A DNA stretch of 64,000 nt from the NCBI GenBank assembly GCA_038087875.1, contig JAXLNO010003642.1, positions 124,001-188,000 on the forward strand. The letters are read 5' to 3'. Positions 39,144 through 50,523 of this stretch are shown piece by piece. The stretch comes from Malacoraja senta (Eukaryota). The position numbers and the translations under genes were made by a program. Below the pieces are notes generated by a model that worked only from the letters and a program-made list of their open reading frames with translations, ran no database searches and had not been told where the DNA came from. Each line of letters begins with the position of its first letter. Position 1 is the first letter of the stretch.

Positions 39144-39989
39144 TTATTGGTAACTTTGTATGATCTTATTTTGTTAGGATGCAAATTCTATGGGAACGCT
39201 TTCTCAAAGAGATAGATAATGATGTAGAAACAACGAACTGCAGATGCTGGTTTGTACCAAAGAGAGTCACAAAGTGCTGGAGTAACTCAACGGGTCAGAG
39301 GTGTTCTACAGCATCTCTGTAGATAAAGGATGGGTGATGCTGGGTGAAGCTTCAGGTTGGGATCCTTCTTCAGACTGATGTATCGGGTGGGACCCTTCTT
39401 CAGACTAACCCTGCTTGAGACTGAAGTAGGGTCCCGACACGAAGTGTCATCCAGCCTTTTTCTCCAGAGATGCTGCCGGTCTCGCTGAGTTACTTTAGCA
39501 CTCTGTGTCTAAGGTTGATAATGAGTTGTTCAATCCTGATGTTTTGTGATGTTAATTTCTGCATGTTCACAGGGCAGACTGTGAGAGTAAATAGTTGAAA
39601 AACTAGTCTAGCAGGAAATGTGTGGTATTTGAGTAAGTGTGAATGTGGGGCCTCTCCAGTGAGATGATTGGGGAACTCCCTGACAAAGGGGGATGTGGTG
39701 AACAAGTCACCAGGAGGTCATATCAAAGCAGAAGTTAAATGTTACATTGATATTTTTGGAGTCTGCTCTTGATGTACTGGCATGGTGCAATCCGATTTGG
39801 ACAACTTACTGTATATTGCAGCTCAAAATGATATAGAGATATAGCATTGGAAGTGTTTAAGAAGGAACTGCAGATGCTGGAAAATCGAAGGTACACAAAA
39901 ATACTGGAGAAACTCAGCGGGTGCAGCAGCATCTATGGAGCGAAGGAAATAGGCAACGTTTCGGGCCGAAACCCTTCTTGAGACTTCAG

Positions 39990-40286
39990 TCACGGCACGG
40001 TGGGGCAGCGATAGAGTTGCTGCCTTAAAGTGTCAGAGCCCCGGGTCCGATCCTGACTATGGCTGCTGTCTGTACGGAGTTTGTACATTCTCCCCATGAC
40101 CAGTGGGTTTTCGCCAAGATCTTCGGTTTCCTCCCACACTCCAAAGACGTACAGGTTTGTAGGTTAATAGGCTTGATATAAATGTAAATTGTCCTTCGTG
40201 TGTAGGATAGTGTTAATGTGCGGGGATCTGTGCGGACTTGTGCTGAAGGGCCTGTTTCCACACTGTATCTCTAAACTAAACTAAAA
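39990..40286 (+). mobile_element. HE1-like SINE
   Basis: Head, core and tail; about 370 bp upstream of the alpha1 exon. Confidence 0.85.
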
Positions 40287-40652
40287 TAATCTAAGTAAGC
40301 TTGACATCTAGAATCATGTACAGCATAGAAACAGGCCCTTCAGCCCAGCTTATCTATGCCAGCCAAGATGCCCCATCTACCTTGACCCACCTATCTATAT
40401 TTAGCTTAGTTTAATTTATTATTAATGTCACGTGTACTGTTTTGCAGTGAAAATGTTTCTTGTGTGCTATCCAGTCAGTGAAAAGACTACATTACAATGA
40501 AGCCGTTCACAATCTATAGATACAGGGTAAATGATATCATGTTTAGTGCAATGTAAATCCAATTGGTGTTTTGCCGATTTCCCTCCAAACCTTTCCTATC
40601 CATAGAAATTTCTATTACTTGACAATAATTGTATTATTTTCTTTGTTTCTAG

Positions 40653-40913
40653 GGCCTCACACACTGATCTATTACTACACCCTGAACCACGGGAGTACTC
40701 ATCTACCAGAATATAGTGTCGTGGGTGTACTGGACGGTTGTGAGATACAGTATTATGACAAAAACATGGTCATCACAGTTCCAAGACAGAAATGGATGGC
40801 GGCTGCATTTGACAGGAATTACTGGGTAACAAATACGGTCTCTGAAACTGGTTTCCATGGAATCATCAAAGGGCAAGTCGATGAATGGATGCGGAGGCAG
40901 AACGAAACAGCAA
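40653..40913 (+). CDS. MHC class I-like gene, exon 2 (alpha1 domain)
   Basis: Acceptor ttttctttgtttctag| and donor A|GTTAGT; 261 nt, phase 1-1. Encodes GPHTLIYYYT...PEYSVVGVLDGCEIQYYD...PRQKWM...YW...RRQNETA, with class I hallmarks H3, Y7, D29, W51, Y59-W60, R84 and the N86 glycosylation sequon. Confidence 0.95.
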
Positions 40914-41799
40914 GTTAGTTCATTCATTTCTATACATTTGGAGTGTGATCAATGTTCATAAAAAAACACCTCAAAGAAATTTCTCGCTGTGCCAGAGACC
41001 CAGGTTTGATCCTGACTACACGTTCTCCCTGTGACCACAGATATTTCCTCCAGGTGCTCCGGTTCCGTCCCATATCTTGAAAACGTGAGAGTTTGTAGGT
41101 TAATTGGGCTCTGTAAATTACTCTTGTGTGCTGAGAATGGGTGAGAAAGTGGGATTACATAGATGTGTAGGAAGGAACTGAAGATGCTGGTTTACAGCAA
41201 AGATAGGCACAATGTGCTGGAGTAACTCAGCGGGACAGGCAGCATCTCTGGATACAAGGAATGGATGACTTTTCAGGTCAAGACCCTTCCTCAGACAGAG
41301 TGTTCCCCCTGACTTACTCCAGCATTTTGTGTCCATTTTGGGATAACATAGAACTAGTGTGAAATATGATCGATGGTTGGCATGGAATTGGTGGGCAGAA
41401 TGGCCCGTTTCCATGCTGAGTCACTAACCTAAGAACTGCAGATGCTGCAAATGTGAAATAAAACCAAAAATGCCATTGTCTGATGGCTTCATAGTCAGTT
41501 TATCACCATGGAAACCTGTCATTACCTTATCAGTGATACTCCCTATGTCCAACCATGCCTCCCACTCCTGTCTGTAACTTACACATTCTCACAATTCTGA
41601 AGCATTAATTTTGTTCTCTTTCCATAGGTTCTGTTGAACTTGCTGTGTGTTCCAGCATTTTACAAATCATTGAAATGTTGGTGGCTTTTTGAATGGTTAA
41701 AATCCCTTGCGTACCTCACCAATTGTTTTTACTTTTATTGACAAATTTTGAATGAAAAGTTGTGTGAAATATTTAAAGGATAACCTAAATGTCATTGTG

Positions 41800-42010
41800 G
41801 TTCAGCCGTAGTGATGCTGCCGTAGTGCCAGAGACCCAGGGTTGATCCTGGCCTCAGGTGCTGTCTGTACAGAGTTTGTACGTACTCCCCGTGACCTGCG
41901 TGGGATTTCCCCGGGTGCCCCGGTTTCCTCCCACACTCCAAGCCTGTATGCCAAAGGGATCACTGGTCACTGTGGACTCTAAGGGCTGTTTTCGTGCTAT
42001 ATCTCTAAAT
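41800..42010 (+). mobile_element. HE1-like SINE, internally shortened
   Basis: Head and core present. Confidence 0.75.
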
Positions 42011-43035
42011 TATCTTGGGCACCAATTGTAAAGTAAGCTGTCCAAATCTGTCTGCACCACACTTGTATATCGATATAAGTTGCAATTGGACATGTTTTAT
42101 ATTGTAAATCAATAAGTCCTATCGCCATTACTGTGTTAATTCAATGAAATTCGTAGTGTACCATTGAACAAAGCAGGACTAGACGTGGGGGGACCATCGT
42201 GAGGTGGGGGACAAAGGAGGACCTGGTGTGGGAGACTTTATAACTTTGTCGGTGCCCTTTAAGTGAAGAATCTTTACATACGTTGGGTTTACAAAACAAA
42301 GAATTTCACTGACTTGTCACATGTCACAATAAAGTATCATTCATTCATGATTAATTATTTCTGAAAACATTGCTTTTTGTTACCTCTTCGGTTACACATT
42401 AAACAAATTATATTATTAATCTTTAACTGGACTAAAACAGGGTGAGGGTACTAACAGGGAACAATACATCAAAATATTATGCACTGGGCATAATTTCTAT
42501 CAATTTTCCACATCTTGCAATATTTATTATTATTTTCAAATTATATGTGAATACATGTGAATGACGTTTATTACATTATCATCTGATTCATTGAACCATG
42601 TTTATTGAATCATATTGCCTTCAAAAATACGTTTTTTTATTTGCATTATTTATGGTGCACATATTATCTGCAACATTGTTATGTTTATGAGATTTATGAG
42701 CATATTGTCGGGGCTCAAGAGTGTGAACAAGAGGGAGAGATTGGGCAAGCCAGGGCTTTATTCCATGGAGCACAGGAGGCTGAGGGGTGATCATATAGGG
42801 GTGCTTAAAATCATGAGGGGAATTGATAGAGTGTATGCCCAGAGCCTTTTACCCAGAGAAGGGGAATAAAATAACCAGAGGACATGGGTTTAATGTGAGA
42901 GGGGAAAGATTTAATTGGAACTTGGGGCAATCTTTGTGCTCAGAGAGTGGTCAGCATATGGAATGACCTGCCAGAGAATGGAGTTGCGGCAGGTACAATA
43001 ACAATATTTAAAAGACACATGGACAGGGGCATGCA

Positions 43036-43517
43036 TAGGTAGATAAAAGTGCTGGAGAAACTCAGCGGGTGAGGCAGCATCTATGGAGCGAAGGAAATGG
43101 GCAACGTTTCGGGCCGAAAATCCTTCTTCAGACTGATGTGAGGGTGGGGGGGGAGGGGGAGGGGGGGGGACGCAGGAAAAAGAAAGGGAAAGGTGGAGCC
43201 AGTGGGCTGAGGGAGAGCTGAGATGGGGAGGAGAAAGTAAGGACTACCTGAAATTAAAGAAGTCAATGTTCATACCGCTGGGGTGTAAACTGCCCAAGCG
43301 AAATATGAGGTGCTGCTCCTCCAATTTACGGTGGTCCTCACTCTGGCCATGGAGGAGACCGAGGGCAGAAAGGTCGGATTTGGAATAGGAGGGGGGAGTT
43401 GAAGTCCTGATCCACCGGGAGATCAGGTTGGTTGTTGCGAACCGAGCGGAGGCGTTCGGCGAAACGATCGCCAAGCCTGCGCTTGGTCTCACCGATGTAG
43501 AGCAGCTGACATCTAGA
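43036..43517 (-). mobile_element. PLE 3' fragment with terminal repeat
   Basis: YIGETKRRLGDRFAE...LSALGLLHGQSEDHRKLEEQHLIFRLGSLHPSGMNIDFFNFR followed by the hammerhead-like tail. Confidence 0.9.
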
Positions 43518-44425
43518 GAGAAACGTTTTGAATGATGTCTACCCATTGCAGGGTAAATGGGACTAGCTTAAATGGGGTATCATGATTAGCTTGGACAAGT
43601 TGGGCCAAAAGGCTTGTTTCCCTGCTGTGTGACTCTCTATGACTGCTTTATAGCAAAGAGCGCTGCTGCCTCATAGATCCTGTGATCCGTGTTCAATCAT
43701 CTCCAGTGCAGTCTGTGTGGAGTATAAGCATTCTCCCTGTGACAATGTTTGTTCTCCAGTTTCCTCCACATACCAAAATGTGCTGATTTAGTAGATTAAG
43801 CCACCGCTGCAAATAGGTGGATTTGTGGCATTGATAGAAATGAGGAAGATCCGTTTTGGGGAAAATTAGTGGTGGAATGGTTTTGTCTCTGGGCTAGAGT
43901 GGGCTCAGGAGGCTGAAAGGCCTCTTTCTCTGTCACATGGATTGATGGCAGTTATTTATCCTTGAACTGCCTTCTTTCTCATTTTAGTCAACAGTGTAAA
44001 ATTGAAGTAATTGTCTGGATTGAGCTATTTAACAATTGTAGATGAAAGGAAGAGCAGAGGCTGCTTTCCTCCACACACAAAGTGCTAAGGAACTCAACGG
44101 GTCAAGTGGCATCTTTGGAGAACATGGGAAGGCAGATATTTCTCGTGAGGATCCTACTTCAGACTGAAGTTGGGTCACATTAGAACATGCTTTGTACTCA
44201 CACTCGCAGTCCAGTGTTAGTTTTCAAGGATTTTTTGTTATTCACAGCTTGTAGTTGTTACATATTCAGCAGAGAGAAGACGAGACAAACTAAAGCACCT
44301 GCAAAACACAACTAAAGACCGCAGAAAGAAGCTTGAAAAGAAGGCTCTTATCTAAACAACGTACTTTCAAGAGAGAGTTAGATTTAGCTCTAAGGCTAAA
44401 GGAATCAAGGGATATGGGGGAAAAG

Positions 44426-46235
44426 ATTAGTTAAAACAAATGTAGGTCCCTTGCAGTCAGAAACAGGTGAATTGATCATGGGGAACAAGGACATGGCAGA
44501 CCAATTGATTAACTACTTTGGTTCTGTCTTCACTAAGGAAGACTTAATTAACTGCCGAAAATAGCAGGGGACCGGGGCTCAAATGAGATGGAGGAACTGA
44601 GAGAAATCCAAGTTAGCCGGGAAGTGGTGTTAGGTAAATTGAATGGATTAAAGGCCGATAAATCCCCAGGGCCAGATAGGCTGCATCCCAGAGTACTTAA
44701 GGAAGTAGCCCCAGAAATAGTGGATGCATTAGTGATAATTTTTCAAAACTCTTTAGATTCTGGAGAAGTTCCTGAGGATTGGAGGGTACCTAATGTAACC
44801 CCACTTTTTAAAAAGGGAGGGAGAGAGAAAACGGGAATTACAGACCAGTTAGTCTAACATCGGTAGTGGGGAAACTGCTAGAGTCAGTTATTAAAGATGG
44901 GATAGCAGCACATTAGGAAAATGGTGAAATCATTGGACAAAGTCAGCATGGATTTATGAAAGGTAAATTATGTCTGACGAATCTTATAAAAAATTTCGAG
45001 GATGTAACTAGTAGAGTGGATAAGGGAGAACCAGTGGATGTGTTATATCTGGACTTTCAGAAGACTTTCGACAAGGTCCCACATAAGAGATTAATATACA
45101 AACTTAAAGCACACGGTATTGGGGGTTCAGTATTGATGTGGATAGAGAACTGGCTGGCAGACAGGAAGCAAAGAATAGGAGTAAACGGGTTCAGAATGGC
45201 AGGCAGTGACTAGTGGGGTACCGCAAGGCTCAGTGCTGGCACCCCAGCTATTTACAATATATATTAATGATTTGGACGAGGGAATTGAATGCAACATCTC
45301 CAAGTTTGCGGATGACACGAAGCTGGGGGGCAGTGTTAGCTGTGAGGAGGGTACTAGGAGGCTGCAAGGTGACTTGGATAGCCTGGGTGAGTGGGCAAAT
45401 GCATGGCAGATGCAGTATAATGTGGATAAATGTGTGGTTATCCACTTTGGTGGCAAGAACAGGAAAGTAGACTATTACCTGAATGGTGGCCGATTAGGAA
45501 AACGGGAGATGCAACGAGACCTGGGTGTCATGGTACACCAGTCATTGAAAGTAGGCATGCAGGTGCAGCAGGCAGTGAAGAAAGCGAATGGTATGTTAGC
45601 ATTCATAGCAAAAGGATTTGAGGAGCAGGGAGGTTCTACTGCAGTTGTTCAGGGTCTTGGTGAGACCACACCTGGAGTATTGCCCACTGTTTTGGTCTCC
45701 TAATCTGAGGAAGGACATTCTTGCCATAGAGGGAGTACAGAGAAGGTTCACCAGACTGATTCCTGGGATGTCAGGACTTTCATATGAAGAAAGACTGGAT
45801 AGACTCGGCTTGTACTCGCTAGAATTTAGAAGATTGAGGGGGGATCTTATAGAAACTTACAAAATTCTTAAGGGGTTGGACAGGCTAGATGCAGGAACAT
45901 TGTTCCCGATTTTGGGGAAGTCCAGAACAAGGGGTCACAGTTTAAGGATAAAGGGAAATCTTTTAGGACTGAGATGAGAAAAACATTTTTTACACAGAGA
46001 GTGGTGAATCTCTGGAATTCTCTGCCACGGAATGTAGTTGAGGCCCGTTCATTGGCTATACTTAAGAGGGAGTTAGATGTGGCCCTTGTGGCTAAAGGAT
46101 CAGGGGTTATGGAGAGAAGGCAGGTACAGGATACTGAGTTGGATGATCAGCCATGATCATATTGAATGGCGGTGCAGGCTCGAAGGGCCGAATGGCCTTC
46201 TCCTGCAACTATATTCTGTGTTTCTATGTTTTTCT
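44426..46235 (+). mobile_element. CR1 LINE, 5'-truncated
   Basis: KSPGPDRLHPRVLKE, YLDFQKTFDKV, GVPQGSVLAP, FADD and RPHLEYC motifs; CR1 3' tail. Confidence 0.92.
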
Positions 46236-46832
46236 AAAAGCAGGAATGGGTTACTGATTCTAGATGCAGGCATGATCATATTGAATGGCGGTGCTGGCTC
46301 AAATGGCCGAATGGCCTACTCCTGTGCCTATTTTTCTATGTTTCTATAATTAGTATACATTCGGCTAATTGTGGTGTTTCTTGAAAACACGAAAACGAGA
46401 GAATGTAAAGGATCTGCAGAACAACTAAAAGACTGCAGAAAGCAGCTTGAAAAGGAGGCTCTTCATCTATACAACATAAGTATGTTTTATTCAGCTATCA
46501 TTGTTTGTAGAGTTTCTTATTGGAATGAAAACATCATCCAAGTTTTGACCCTTCCTTGTTACTCCTGGTCCCAGGGGAATGGTTGGCATTAGCTCATTAC
46601 CTTCATCCTAATAAAGGGTTGTTGTTCACAGTTGTGCCTAGGTTTTTATCAGTTATAACCTTGAGTTCACAAACTGTTCTTTGTCTGGGCTAAAGTTCAC
46701 AGACTCTCCTTTTCAAGGAGTGAGCAGTTTTAAGCAAACTGACTTCAGCAAATCCTTACAAATTCCATCACCCCCCCCCCCCCCCACTTTGATTCATCAA
46801 TCAATGCCAGAGGGAATGAATCATCTAAGTAA

Positions 46833-47515
46833 AGGGGCCTGTCCCACTTACGTGTCCTTGGCACGCATATTACGCGTTGAGCCACGATGGTCCGGCGAAG
46901 GTCGGGCGCGATTACATGCGTACATACAGCCGTCTGGAGCGCGTGACGTCATTTGAAGATGGACACAAAGCTGGAGTAACTCAGCGGGATCGGCAGCATC
47001 TCTGGAGAGAAGGAATAGATGACGTTTCATGTCGAGACTCTTCTTCAGTCTGAAAAGAAGGGTCTTGACCCGAAACATCACCCATTGCTTCTCTCCAGAG
47101 ATGCTGCCGGTCCCGCTGAGTTACTCCTGCATTTCGTGTCTATCTTCAATTTTCTTGGCCCCGCTCTGGGAGTAGAAGTGGGGGCGGATCTGGACCGCAA
47201 CGGCCGTGAGCCCCAGGCCGAGTTCGGCGATCGTTTGCCTGCTTCTGCTCCTGTTGAAAGTGAGACTTTGCGTCGCGCCAGGGTCTTGGGCCTGTCCCAC
47301 TTTGGCCGTCAGTTCCCGCGACAGGCCGTTGGCGCGCGAAGATTTCGTTCACTACAAAATTATTGGAGCCCCGCGCGATGTCGCGCACAACTACATACCC
47401 CTCCGCGCTTCTCAGTGAGACCGGTCCCGCGCGGCCATACGATGCCCGTGAGCCTCAACGCGACCACGAGGTCGCATAATTTGTGTGCCAAGGACACGTA
47501 AGTGGGACAGGCCCT
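46833..47515. mobile_element. Harbinger-type MITE containing a Penelope-end hairpin
   Basis: TIR AGGG(G)CCTGTCCCACTTACGTGTCCTTGGCAC; TAA TSD at 46830-32 and 47516-18; an inverted PLE-end pair is inserted at about 46955-47145. Confidence 0.88.
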
Positions 47516-47896
47516 TAAAAATACCAAGGAAGGGTAGCGCAGCTACACATCACTGGATATCTTTAACCTGTTCAATCACTGGATATCTTTAACCTGTTCA
47601 ATGCCACCGCCGAGTACACTAAGGATCATGGCCAATAGTGAAAAATAAACTTGGCAGTGAACAGCTTAATGGTCTCCATATTTTAGAGAAAGCCTTCAAT
47701 GCCCATGAGGGGTGAGCCTTATTATATCTATGTTTCTCTAAATATAGGAAGCACTTTTGTGGTAAAAGATGGGGCAGCTCGGGCCTCGAAAAGATCCAAC
47801 CTTATCTGCAGCTTTACATTTGTTTATATGCAATAAGCAAAAAGAACACAATAGAAGATAAAACATGATAATAACTATAAGCAAAGCCAAGAGATC

Positions 47897-48097
47897 GTGG
47901 CCTTACACGAGTTGCTGCCTTGCAGCACCTGAGACCCGGGTTTGAACCTGACTACGAGTGGTGACTGTACGGAGTTTGCATGTTCTCCCCATAACCTGTG
48001 TGGCTTTTCTCTGAGATGTAGGTAAATTGGCTTGGTGTAAATGTAAATTGTCCCTAGTATGGGCTGAAGGGCCTGTTTCAGCAATGTATCTCCAAAG
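47897..48097 (+). mobile_element. HE1-like SINE whose tail is the hAT target site
   Basis: Ends ...tgtatctccaaag immediately before the hAT TIR. Confidence 0.75.
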
Positions 48098-48538
48098 CAG
48101 TGGTTCTTAACCTGGGGGTCATGACCCACATGGGGGTCATTTGGGGGTTTTCCGGGGGTCATGAAGGGGTTGTAAAGAACATCAATTTGTTGAGCCTATT
48201 TTGAGGAACCTAACAAAGGTACATACCACACACAGTATTTTGTTCACGAATGCGCGTACGTATACACAGGGCCTATGAGAGGGGGTTGCAGGGGGTACAT
48301 CGTACCCGGGCCCAGAGTCCAATAGGAGCCCGGGAGCTGAAGGAGGGGGGGTGGGAATTTCGTGAAATCTCAGAAAATGTTTGCATATATTTTGTGAAGA
48401 CTAGCATTCACATTTTGTGCCTTCAGAGTTTTATATATCGTAATTCGTAGAAATTGTGATCCATAATATAGCAGGGAATTTTAACTGGCGGGTGTGTGGT
48501 CGGGGTAACCTGATTAAAAGAGGGGGAAGGGGAAGAAC

Positions 48539-48785
48539 CATCACTACTCATGGGTCTTCCCTGTAGGAGGAGGGAGAGCACTAGGACCCAACAGAGTCAT
48601 CACTACTGATGGATCTTCCCTGTAGGACAAGGAGGGGGGAGAGCACTAGGACCCAGCAGAGTCATCACTACTGATGGATCTTCCCTGTAGGAGAAGGAGG
48701 GGGGAGAGCACTAGGACCCAGCAGAGTCATCACTATTGATGGGTCTTCCCTGTAGGAGGGAGGGGGGGAGCACTAGGAGCCAGCA
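48539..48785. repeat. Minisatellite, 4 x 59-65 bp
   Basis: catcactactgatgg(a/g)tcttccctgtagga...gagcactaggacccagcagagt at 48539, 48598, 48663 and 48728. Confidence 0.9.
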
Positions 48786-49069
48786 ATCAGACCATGTGCT
48801 GTCTGCATGGTTTAGGTTGTGGGCCTGGTGCTATGCTGGGAACTCTGGTGAGGTGACGGGTCTGGCCCGCTGGTGGCAGGTGGAGAGGCGAGGGTCGGCA
48901 GAGTCGCTGGTGGAGGCCCGTGGGGAGCTGGAGTAGAGATATGGGCAGCAGCATCATTGGCTTTCTGAAGACAGTGAAGGTCGGCGACAGTGGCTGCGGT
49001 GGCCTCGCCCGGGGAGGTGGTGAGAGTCGGCAGCCGCGGCTGTTTCAGTGGTCCGGGCCTGGGTTTGGG

Positions 49070-49225
49070 TCAGTGTGTGGATGGGTGTGTGTGAGTGAGT
49101 GGGTGAGGGTGTGTGTATGTGTGTGGATGTGTGTGGCTGAGTGCGTGGGTGAGGGTGTGTGTATGTGTGTGGGTGTATGTGAGTAGGTGAGTGAGTGTGT
49201 GTCTGAGTGTATGTGTGTGTTAGTG
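49070..49225. repeat. (GT)-rich degenerate microsatellite
   Basis: gtgtgtggatgggtgtgtgtgagtgag... run. Confidence 0.85.
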
Positions 49226-50523
49226 GGAGGGTGAATTTTATAAATGAAGTTAAAACCATTAGATCTGTTGAACTTGTTAACAGACTATTGACTTGGTAAC
49301 CTGTTTCCAAATGTTTGTGTTAGCTTCAGAATACTATTAACAATTCCAGCAACAGTAGCTTCTGCAGAGAGGTCATTTAGCAAACTCAAGCTGATTAAGG
49401 TCGACAATGTCTCATGAACGTCTTGTGGATTTGGCCAGGCTAAGTATTCAAAGTTAAAGTCAGTTTTATTCATCACATACACCCGAAGGTGCAGTGAAGT
49501 GAATTTGCCAGCAGTGATACACGTAAAAAGAACACACAATACACAATAAAATTGAACACAAACATCCACTACAGCATTTTTCACTGTGGTAGAAGGCAAC
49601 AAGTTTCAGCCAGTCTTCCTCCTTTGTTCACCCGTGTTCGGAGCCATAACCCCTCCGTAGTCGCATCCAGGGACGGCCCGATGTACAAGGCCCTCTCGTC
49701 GGGATGATCCAAACTCCGACGTTGGGACGGACAAACACACTCTGCGGCTTGGAGGTCCCGACTCGGCACTTTCCTGCTGGAGATCGCAGCTTCAGGATGT
49801 GAGCCAGCGGTTCGAGCTCGTCTCTGGTGATCCCCGGCGAGGGATCCCAGGATCCGGATGGTAAGTCCACGCCACGCCCGCGGTTAGAAGCTCCGCAGAC
49901 CACAGCTCCACGGTGTCAACGTATTGAATCAATAGTATTGAATCATACATTGCCAGAACAATACATTTTTATGCTGTGATTTGACATTTTTCACAAAAAA
50001 AGGCCAGGAAACCTCTTTATATAAAATAAATTTATATAATAAATCTTTTACTTTTTACAAATAATTATGTCTTTTGATGATATAAACTGCATTGAAACAT
50101 AAAAAGATGTTTCAATGTGAATTCTTTCTCCTTATCTGTATTGTAGCATAAACAAAGATGTTCAAAACAAAGCTAGATTAAATGCTGGAGAAACTCAACG
50201 GGTGAGGCAGCATCAATAGAGTGAAGGAAAACAAATGAGCTTTCTGATCCTTTTATTTTATTTATACTTATTTATATTTATCATAGGGACATAAGGCCTC
50301 AAATGCAGAAAATCAACAGAGCGCCCCATCCCACCCCTCTCTCATCTTCCATACCCCTTTTTGCCGTGCAGTCTCCAGCTCATGGCATAAAACTGTAGCA
50401 TAGTGGATAAAAACAGGATGACTAATGGAGAAGGGAATGAGGCCCAAAATAAACTTTGTACCCACTGATAAAATTCCTCTCAGGCCCTGCGTATACACGC
50501 ACAAACAGTGTGTGTTGTGAACC

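Larger units (their letters stand above)
48267..50489 (+). mobile_element. Second hAT element (Tip100/ZMYM1-like) nested in the first
   Basis: TIRs CAGGGCCT(AT)GAGAGG and CCTCTCAGGCCCTG; perfect 8-bp TSD CGTATACA (48259-66 and 50490-97); dimerization-domain remnant ILLTIPATVASAERSFSKLKLIK...TMSHERL...SIE...FSQKKARK at about 49325-50015. Confidence 0.88.

Noticed and set aside
39540-39660. Alternative exon upstream of alpha1 (ttcacag|GGCAGACT...)
   Set aside because: The phase-1 reading hits TGA after 8 codons and is not leader-like; the 18387 exon fits much better.
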